Origin: Acidobacteriota bacterium | Lineage (GTDB): Bacteria > Bacteroidota > Ignavibacteria > UBA10030 > UBA8401 | Reading direction: 5' to 3' | NCBI GenBank assembly: GCA_050258555.1 | Contig: JBLMZA010000094.1 | Location: forward strand, 19,563-83,562 | DNA: 64,000 nucleotides | In this document: in pieces, positions 55,762-62,661 of the stretch | Layout of the letters: every line of letters starts with the position of its first letter | How positions within the stretch are numbered: position 1 is the stretch's first letter | Position numbers and translations under genes: made by a program | The notes under the pieces: model-generated | What the model saw: only the letters and a program-made list of their open reading frames with translations | Database searches by the model: none | Told to the model about the DNA's origin: nothing

Positions 55762-56496
55762 TTAGTGATCCATCGCCTCGGTATGCTCGCGCTGTATGGA
55801 TTTGATCTTGTTCTGCATTTCCTCTTCGATTGTGCGCGTATCCCCTGCTCTCTTGAAGCGTTCCACCATCACATTCGACAACTCGATGAGAGACCTGCTG
55901 ACTAAAGAAATGAGATTGTATTCCTGTTTCAGTTCGCTGTTGGCTTTCTCCAGATAGGCTCTGCCTTCTTCATTGCTGATGAAGCCCTGGAGCTCGTGCG
56001 TGCGCTCGTCGATGTTGAGCGAGATGACCGAAAGGTTCGTGTTGACGATGTGCGCAATCGATGTGACCGTATCGCGCAGCATCTCCAGCGAGGGGATCTG
56101 CCTGTCCTTCTCCCTGCGAAAGAGCGAGCGCTCATAGACGCCCTCGATCACCACCGGCAAGTGGGCTTCGCTGAAGGAATCCTTGCGCACGTAATCGTAG
56201 GCGCCGAGCGTGAGCGCCTCGAGCGCCGATGCTTCCATCTCCGGGCGGTTCACCAGAAGCACCACGGGCACATCGGCCATGCGCTCCTGCATCCACTCGA
56301 AGAGGCTCATGCCGTTGCCGGCGGCCATGGAGTGATCCAGAAGCACGACATCGGCGTGCGTCTCCGGCAGCAGTGCGAGCGCTTCGGCGCCCGACGTGCA
56401 GAGCTCGACACGGTAACCCTTGGTTGTGAGTGCGTGCTGACAGTGCCGGCGAAACTCTTCGTCGTCATCGATCAGCAGCACATGGAGTGACGGCAT
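55762..56496 (-). CDS. response regulator: receiver domain plus uncharacterized ~110-aa C-terminal helical domain
   Basis: Receiver: HVLLIDDDEEF...DVVLLDHSM...VVLLVN...KDSF. No recognised output domain can be identified in the C-terminal part. Confidence 0.65.
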   Translation of the reverse strand: MPSLHVLLIDDDEEFRRHCQHALTTKGYRVELCTSGAEALALLPETHADVVLLDHSMAAGNGMSLFEWMQERMADVPVVLLVNRPEMEASALEALTLGAYDYVRKDSFSEAHLPVVIEGVYERSLFRREKDRQIPSLEMLRDTVTSIAHIVNTNLSVISLNIDERTHELQGFISNEEGRAYLEKANSELKQEYNLISLVSRSLIELSNVMVERFKRAGDTRTIEEEMQNKIKSIQREHTEAMDH

Positions 56497-56546
56497 CCAG
56501 TATTCCCTTTATCTACATGAAATGATAACGAGAATCGGACGGCCAG

Positions 56547-56582
56547 GCAAATTAGAAGTTTCTAATTTGAATTAGAATGTTC
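56547..56582 (-). repeat. 36-bp AT-rich palindromic element, copy B (reverse complement of copy A with 2 mismatches)
   Basis: On the plus strand it reads GCAAATTAGAAGTTTCTAATTTGAATTAGAATGTTC. It lies 51-86 nt upstream of the RR gene start at 56496, in the same orientation relative to that gene as copy A is to the wecA-like gene. Confidence 0.8.
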
Positions 56583-56603
56583 TAAACATGAAGAGGGGAA
56601 GGG

Positions 56604-59600
56604 TCAGAGCGCGTCCGTGGAAAGCGGACAATCGAGCGGAAGCAGAATGCGGAATGTCGTGCCCTTGCCGGGCACGCTTTCAACCGAGATCGAACCCTGA
56701 TGGAGTTCAACGATCCATTTCACGAGCGTGAGTCCGAGTCCGATGCCGTCCGTCTTGTACTGGTCGGAGCCGGCACGGTAATAGGGATCGAAGATGCGGG
56801 CGAGTTTTTCGGGCGGAATGCCTTCTCCGGTATCCTCGAAATACAGCCGCGCCGTCGCTGCCTCGAGCGTATAGCCGAAGCGGATCTGCCGGTGCGCCGG
56901 CGTGTGCTTCAGCGCGTTATCCAGGAGATTGAAGAGCACCTGGCGCAGACGCGGCACATCGGCCATGATGAAGGCCTTCGGGCACTTCCGAAGGACGATC
57001 GTGATGTCCTTCGGGCGCGTCAGAAAGAGCGCTTCGTCGTAGAATTCCTGCATGATCGTATGGAGCGCGGTGCGCGCCGGACGGAGTTCGAACGAGCCGG
57101 CCTGCATTTTGCTCAGATTCAGCAGGTCTCCCACAATGTTCGTGAGGTTGAGCATTTCGTCGTAGACCGAGGCGATCGTCTGGCGGAGCTTCTTGGGCGG
57201 CGTGCCCTGCGTGAGCGTCTCTTCGAGCTGGTTGCGGATCACCGCCAGCGGCGTTCGGAGCTCGTGTGCGGCAAGCGTCGAAAATTTCAGCGCGTTGTTC
57301 ATCGATGTGCGCAGCGCCTCTTCGGCTTCCTTGCGCTTCTTGATCGAGCGCACGCTGACAAAGAAATATTCCACATCGCCGAATTCCATGCGGTTGATTG
57401 TGGCTTCGACCGGGATGTGCTCGCCGCTTTTGGTGCGCTGCACGGTGTCGAAGTTCAGCGCGTTTTCGCCGCAGGCCTCGCAGGCGCGCCATTGCTCCCA
57501 GAGATGCTCGATGGAGGCGCCGGGCTCGATGTCGCCGAGCGAGAGCGAAAGGAATTCTTCGCGCGTATAGTCCAGCTGACGGCAGGCGGCGTGGTTGACG
57601 TAGACGAACGAACCCGTGTTGCTGATCCAGAAGACCGAATCGGAGGAGTGATCGACCGAGAACTGCGTCAATTGCAGCGAATGCTCCGTGCGCTTGCGCT
57701 CGGTGATGTCCTGCAGGATGCCCTCGTAATGTGTCACTTCCCCGGTCGAGTTGCGGATGATATTGGTGCGGTTGTTGACCCAGCGCGTCTCGCCCGTCTT
57801 GCACAGGATGCGGAAGTCGCCGCTCACGTGGTAGTGACCGAGCGAGGTATGCTTCGAGACCGTATCGAGCACGGCCTTCACGTCCTTCGGATGGATGATC
57901 GAGAGAAAGCTGATGGCGCCGCCCATGAGTTCGCTTTGCGTGTAGCCGAAGATCGTGATGTTGTTCGACACGTATTCGACCGCGAAGTCGCGCGACGGAT
58001 TCCAGATGAAGATCACCGTATTCGTGTTCTCGATGACGAGATTGGCGCGGCGCATCTGCTCGATCGAACGCCGGCGTTCGGTATTGTCGCGGTTGACGCC
58101 CACAAGGCCGATGATGGCGCCCGAGGCGTCATGAAGGGGATATTTGGAAATCAGGATCGAGCGCTGGATGAGCCCGGTCTCCGGATGATACCGGTTGATT
58201 TCGACGTTCAAGAGCGGAATGCCGGTGGCGATGATCTTCTGCTCCTCGCGCAGGTGCTGCTCGGCCAGGGGCGTCTTGAAGAGATCGACGTCCGTCTTGC
58301 CCAGGATGTCGTCGACCGAATGCACGCCGCACATCCTGAGCGCCGTCTTATTGGCAAGGATCATCCGGCAGTCGCGGTCCTTCACATAGACCTCGTCCGG
58401 AATGGCTTCGATGATCGTGCGCAAGAGATTGCGCTCCCGGTAGAGCGCCTCTTCGGCTTTCTTGCGCTCGGTGATGTCGAAGGCGACGCCGAGCGTGCCG
58501 ATCGTGCGCGCCTGCTTATCCCTGAGGGGCTCGACGTGCGCTTCAAAGGTCCGGCCGTTGATCGTGACGTCGTAATTGAGGCTCTCGCCCTGCAGCGCCC
58601 GGCGGTGCGCCGCAATGGGGGGATAGTTCGGGTCGCTCGTGTTGAAGAATTCCTGGATGGCAAGGCCGTCCAGCTGATGGGGCTCGACGCCGATGGTGCG
58701 GAAGCCGACCCCCTGCATCGATGTGAAGCGCAGATCCAGATCCGTCGTCCACAATTGCGCGGGCATCTGCGTGACCACGAGCCGGTAGCGCTCCTCGCTC
58801 TGGCGCAGCGCATCCTCGGCGCGCTTCTTCTCCGTGATGTCGCGCATGATGACGGTGAAATAGCGCCGCCCCTCGGCGATCGTCTTCGAGACCGAGGCCT
58901 CGAAGGGGAATTCTTCGCCCGTGGCGCGCAGCGCGCGCGCCTTGGTCATCATGCCGTTGAAGTGCTGAAATTCGTCGCCGAGCGCATCGAAGGCGCGTAT
59001 GTAGCCGTCGTGCTTCTCGCGCAGCGGGGCGGGAATGAAGCGGTTGATCGACTGGCCGATCACCTCCTGCGCGCTGCACTTGAAGATGTGCTCGGCCGAC
59101 TGATTGAAGAGCACGATGCGCTGCTGTTCATCGATCGTGATGATGGCGTCCATGGCCGAGGCGATGACGCTCGAGAGCTGCGCCTGGCTCCGGTGCATCC
59201 GCTCCTCGGCCTCATGCTTCGCGGTGATGTCGCGCGATCCGACGACGGCGCCGATCGTGTCGCCCCTCATCCCGGCGATGCGGCTGATATTGCACTCGAG
59301 CCAGATCTGGCGCCCGGAGCGGCTGCGGAAGCGCACTTCGACGGTGACGCGCTTTCCCTCGGTGAGTGCGCGCGCAAGCGCGGGCTTCAGGCGCTCGACG
59401 TCCTCCGGATGCACGAACTCATAGGCGCTTCGGCCCAGAAGCTCCGATACTTCGTAGCCGAGCACGGCGGTGTGCGAGGGACTCACGTAGCGGAACGTGC
59501 AGTCCGGGTCGACCTCCCCGACCATATCGAGCATGCTTTCGGTGATCAGGCGCAGCCGGCGCTCGCTCTCCTTGAGCCGGCGCTCCATGCCGTGCTTGTA

Positions 59601-59963
59601 GAGCGCCATCTCGATGGTGGTGTGCAGCTCTTTGGGCTCGAAGGGCTTGAGCAGATAGCCGTAGGGGGTGGTTTCTTTGGCGCGCTGCAGCGTGGTCTCA
59701 TCGGAAAATGCGGACACGAAGATGACCGGAATGTCGTAGCGGCGCATCACCTGCTCGGCCACCTCGATGCCGTCGGTCTGCCCGCTCAGTTTGATGTCCA
59801 TCAGGATGACATCGGGAGCCAGCGCCGAGACCGCTTCGAGCGCCGCTTCGGACGAGCGCGCGATGCCCGAGACCGCGTAGCCGAAGCTTTTCAGGTCCGA
59901 TTCGATCTCTTTGGCGACGATCAGTTCATCTTCGACGATGAGTATGTGGGCGCGTTCGATCAT
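56604..59963 (-). CDS. hybrid sensor histidine kinase: N-terminal receiver, PAS/PAC array (about 5-6 domains), HisKA, HATPase_c
   Basis: Receiver: ILIVEDE...DVILMDIKL...KPF. The PAS domains are separated by linkers repeating the ERR..E/SE.RYR pattern. H-box LAAHELRTPL. N/G boxes NLLDNALKHT...DTGEGIP...GLGLTLV. Confidence 0.8.
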   Translation of the reverse strand: MIERAHILIVEDELIVAKEIESDLKSFGYAVSGIARSSEAALEAVSALAPDVILMDIKLSGQTDGIEVAEQVMRRYDIPVIFVSAFSDETTLQRAKETTPYGYLLKPFEPKELHTTIEMALYKHGMERRLKESERRLRLITESMLDMVGEVDPDCTFRYVSPSHTAVLGYEVSELLGRSAYEFVHPEDVERLKPALARALTEGKRVTVEVRFRSRSGRQIWLECNISRIAGMRGDTIGAVVGSRDITAKHEAEERMHRSQAQLSSVIASAMDAIITIDEQQRIVLFNQSAEHIFKCSAQEVIGQSINRFIPAPLREKHDGYIRAFDALGDEFQHFNGMMTKARALRATGEEFPFEASVSKTIAEGRRYFTVIMRDITEKKRAEDALRQSEERYRLVVTQMPAQLWTTDLDLRFTSMQGVGFRTIGVEPHQLDGLAIQEFFNTSDPNYPPIAAHRRALQGESLNYDVTINGRTFEAHVEPLRDKQARTIGTLGVAFDITERKKAEEALYRERNLLRTIIEAIPDEVYVKDRDCRMILANKTALRMCGVHSVDDILGKTDVDLFKTPLAEQHLREEQKIIATGIPLLNVEINRYHPETGLIQRSILISKYPLHDASGAIIGLVGVNRDNTERRRSIEQMRRANLVIENTNTVIFIWNPSRDFAVEYVSNNITIFGYTQSELMGGAISFLSIIHPKDVKAVLDTVSKHTSLGHYHVSGDFRILCKTGETRWVNNRTNIIRNSTGEVTHYEGILQDITERKRTEHSLQLTQFSVDHSSDSVFWISNTGSFVYVNHAACRQLDYTREEFLSLSLGDIEPGASIEHLWEQWRACEACGENALNFDTVQRTKSGEHIPVEATINRMEFGDVEYFFVSVRSIKKRKEAEEALRTSMNNALKFSTLAAHELRTPLAVIRNQLEETLTQGTPPKKLRQTIASVYDEMLNLTNIVGDLLNLSKMQAGSFELRPARTALHTIMQEFYDEALFLTRPKDITIVLRKCPKAFIMADVPRLRQVLFNLLDNALKHTPAHRQIRFGYTLEAATARLYFEDTGEGIPPEKLARIFDPYYRAGSDQYKTDGIGLGLTLVKWIVELHQGSISVESVPGKGTTFRILLPLDCPLSTDAL

Positions 59964-60002
59964 GCGTATTGTGTCTGCCAGCGTTCTCTCTATAATAGTG
60001 GA

Positions 60003-61133
60003 TCAGCGGACCGGAATCATGATCCGGTAGGCCGTGCCCGAGCCGGATGGCCCGCACTCGAGGGTGATCGAGGCGCCGAGCTGCTGACCGAGCATCGAGA
60101 TGAGCTGCAGGCCGAGCGTTTCGGCCCGATCGAGCCTGGTGCCCTCCGGCATGCCGCATCCGTCGTCGCTGATGCAGAGTGTGACGCTCCCGCCTTCCGG
60201 TGTCTGCCCGGCGCTGAGGTGAATCGTCCCCGGCCTCTCGCCGGAGAATGCATGCTTGAGCGAATTGGTGACGATCTCGTTGATGAGCAGGCCGAGATGA
60301 ATCATGACGTCGATGTCGAGCGTGATCTCGCCCAGCTCGTGCGTGAAGCGCACGTTGTTTGCCCGGGGGCCAAGCGAGCCGATCAGATGGCCGATGAGCG
60401 TGACAAGGTAATCCGGAACGTCGATGCGCGCGAGGCCTTTCGACTGATAGAGCTTCTCGTGTATGAGCGCCATGCTCTTGATGCGGTTCTTCGATTCGCG
60501 GAAGATCTTCGCCACCGATTCGTCATGGATGTGGTGCGCCTGAAGCCCGAGCATGCTCGAGATGAGCTGGAGGTTGTTCTTGACGCGGTGATGAATCTCC
60601 TTGATGAGCGTCTCTTTTTCGCGGAGCGAGGCGCGGAAGAAGGCTTCCATGCGCACGCGCTCGGTGATGTCGTGCGCGTTGACGATGATGCCCTGCAATC
60701 CCGGATCGGTCAGACAATTGGTGACGGTGCCTTCCATGTGCTGATAGCGCCCGTCCATGCGCCGGATCCGGAACTCGCGGTGGATCGTGGCGCCGGGCCG
60801 CTCAAGGAACATGGCGATCGAGCGCAGGACGCGCTTCCGGTCGGAGGGATGGAGGAATGAGCGGAAGTTCTTCCCGATGATGTCCTTGAGCTCGTAGTCG
60901 AGCACGCGCTCCCATGCGGGACTGCAGTACTCGATGTCGCCCCGCCGGTTCATCACCGCGATCACGTCGCTGGCATGTTCGATCAGGCTCCGGAAATGGC
61001 GCTCGCTGATTTTCAGGCTGCGGCACTCGATCTCGAGCTGCGCGACTTTCGCCTGCAGCGCGGCGGCCGACTGATAGAGATCGGGCAGCGCGGAGGCCGG
61101 GGACGGATGTATCGTCGTGCGGATCTCCATCAT
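60003..61133 (-). CDS. sensor histidine kinase, PAS-PAS-HisKA_2-HATPase_c (HWE/HisKA_2-type H-box)
   Basis: H-box EIHHRVKNNLQLISSML. HATPase: LLINEIVTNSLKHAF...DDGCGMPEG...LGLQLISML. 4-nt overlap with the upstream OmpR-family gene. Confidence 0.75.
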   Translation of the reverse strand: MMEIRTTIHPSPASALPDLYQSAAALQAKVAQLEIECRSLKISERHFRSLIEHASDVIAVMNRRGDIEYCSPAWERVLDYELKDIIGKNFRSFLHPSDRKRVLRSIAMFLERPGATIHREFRIRRMDGRYQHMEGTVTNCLTDPGLQGIIVNAHDITERVRMEAFFRASLREKETLIKEIHHRVKNNLQLISSMLGLQAHHIHDESVAKIFRESKNRIKSMALIHEKLYQSKGLARIDVPDYLVTLIGHLIGSLGPRANNVRFTHELGEITLDIDVMIHLGLLINEIVTNSLKHAFSGERPGTIHLSAGQTPEGGSVTLCISDDGCGMPEGTRLDRAETLGLQLISMLGQQLGASITLECGPSGSGTAYRIMIPVR

Positions 61134-61828
61134 TCCTCTTTGATGATGAAGCCTTCGCCGCGGACCGTGTGAATTAACTTCTTGGAAAAGTCCTTGTCGA
61201 TCGAATCGCGCAGATAGCTCATATACACATCGACGATGTTGGTGCCGGTTTCAAACTTGTAGCCCCAGACCTGCTCGGCGATGCGCTTGCGGGTCAGGAT
61301 CGTGTTCTTGTTGCGCAGGAAAAATTCGAGAAGCGCAAACTCCGTCTGCGTCAGCGAGATGACCTTGTCGCTGCGCTTGACGACGCGCTTGATCACATCC
61401 ATGGTCAGATCGCCGGCCTGGAGGATGTTCGTCCTCAAGAGGCCCGAGCGGCGGAGGATCGCCTGTATGCGCGCAAAGAGCTCGCCCGAATCGAACGGCT
61501 TCGTGAGGTAGTCGTCGGCGCCGATTTCGAGTCCCTGAATGCGGTCGTCGATGCCGTCGCGCGCCGAGAGAATCAGCACGGGCGTCGTATAGGATTGCGC
61601 GCGCAGCTCGCGCAGCACTTCCAGCCCCGATTTCTGCGGAAGGTTCAGATCGAGCAGCACCAGATGGAATTCCCGCGAGGTGATCATCTGCGATGCCGTC
61701 ACGCCGTCAAATGCAAGGTCCACATCGTAGCCCGCACGCACCAGCTGCCGTTCCACCGAGCGGGCGAGCCGCTTTTCGTCTTCAACCAGCAGGATGGAAA
61801 TATTCAGTTTTGTCGGTGTGTTTGCCAT
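61130..61828 (-). CDS. OmpR/PhoB-family response regulator (receiver plus winged-helix DNA-binding domain)
   Basis: ILLVEDE...LVLLDLNLP...LILSARD...YLTKPF in the receiver. LTQTEFALLEFFLRN...VWGY...VDVYMSYLRDSIDK is the Trans_reg_C domain. Confidence 0.85.
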   Translation of the reverse strand: MANTPTKLNISILLVEDEKRLARSVERQLVRAGYDVDLAFDGVTASQMITSREFHLVLLDLNLPQKSGLEVLRELRAQSYTTPVLILSARDGIDDRIQGLEIGADDYLTKPFDSGELFARIQAILRRSGLLRTNILQAGDLTMDVIKRVVKRSDKVISLTQTEFALLEFFLRNKNTILTRKRIAEQVWGYKFETGTNIVDVYMSYLRDSIDKDFSKKLIHTVRGEGFIIKEE

Positions 61829-62018
61829 GAAGTCCTTCCCCTTGTGAAGAAATTATGAATTCTTCTTCCGCCTCTTCGTCATGCAGCTTCCCATCCCCTC
61901 TGTCGCACGTACTTAAAATGATAGCAAAGTTGGAGAAAAGAAACAAGTCGGTTTTTCCCATTCGGCATGCCTTCCGTTTCCGGACAAGGGGCCGGAGGCA
62001 TCCGATGCGCTCACGCAA

Positions 62019-62091
62019 ATCCCGCAATTGATCCCTGCGGCGCAATCAGGCCGCCGGTACGGTCACGAAAAATCCGCAGTTTATCCCGCAA
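62019..62091. promoter_or_regulatory. cluster of direct repeats ATCC(C)GCA(A), four copies in two pairs spaced 11-12 bp, in a divergent intergenic region
   Basis: ATCCCGCAA at 62019-62027; ATCCCTGCGG at 62031-62040; ATCCGCAG at 62072-62079; ATCCCGCAA at 62083-62091. Confidence 0.4.
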
Positions 62092-62167
62092 CGGTGCCAT
62101 CCGTCCCAAAATTGTTTTGAAAGGCTGCAGGAGGCCGTATTTTACGATTGTAATAATCCACACATTG

Positions 62168-62196
62168 TTGATCATATTTTTTTTTCAGCGTATAAA
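62168..62196 (+). promoter_or_regulatory. sigma-70-like promoter (TTGATC-17 nt-TATAAA) for the CI-like HTH gene
   Basis: TTGATC at 62168-62173, a 17-nt T-rich spacer, and TATAAA at 62191-62196. The ATG at 62224 has a GGAGGAA RBS. Confidence 0.4.
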
Positions 62197-62223
62197 ATTT
62201 TTTTTTGCGACTTGGAGGAATGA

Positions 62224-62568
62224 ATGAACGGCCCTGATAAAAAAGAAGTGGCTCGGAAATTACGCGCATTCGGTATCGCGAAGTACGGATCGATCAAGGA
62301 TTTTGCCGCCGCGCTTGGAATGAATCCCGTGACACTGCAGTCGGGATATCTGAACAGCCGCAGCCTGCCCGGTGCGGGCCTGCTCCTGAAGCTGATGCAT
62401 CTCGGATGCGACATCCACTGGCTTCTTGCCGGCGAGAATCGAAGTCCCGCCCGATGGGTCGAACAGGAGCGCACGCGCAGGCTCGAAGAAGAAAATGCAA
62501 GACTCAGATCGGTCGTGCGCGGATCGATCTCGAGGTTTTCACAAGTACTGGATAATCCGCCGGGGTGA
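62224..62568 (+). CDS. phage CI-repressor-like helix-turn-helix DNA-binding protein
   Basis: 114 aa. The N-terminus KDFAAALGMNPVTLQSGYLNSRSLPGAGLLLKLMHLGCDIHWLLAGE matches the Phage_CI_repr-type HTH (the ...WLLTGE signature). A coiled-coil tail follows. Confidence 0.55.
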   Translation: MNGPDKKEVARKLRAFGIAKYGSIKDFAAALGMNPVTLQSGYLNSRSLPGAGLLLKLMHLGCDIHWLLAGENRSPARWVEQERTRRLEEENARLRSVVRGSISRFSQVLDNPPG

Positions 62569-62585
62569 CCGCAGAGACACAGCAC

Positions 62586-62605
62586 AGCGGCACTCCGCTC
62601 TTTTT
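62586..62605 (+). terminator. weak rho-independent terminator candidate
   Basis: AGCGG-cact-CCGCT forms a 5-bp GC stem, followed by CTTTTTC. Confidence 0.3.
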
Positions 62606-62661
62606 CACACATGGGATCCTGACACACACGCATCCCGTTAAGCCCCCCCTCTGGAGGATCT

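Noticed and set aside
47071-56582. The 36-bp inverted copies as ends of an IS/transposon or MITE
   Set aside because: No transposase, integrase or recombinase ORF lies between or next to the copies. No target-site duplication is visible. The copies sit at promoter-proximal positions. A regulatory operator is at least as likely; it is kept as a finding with both hypotheses.
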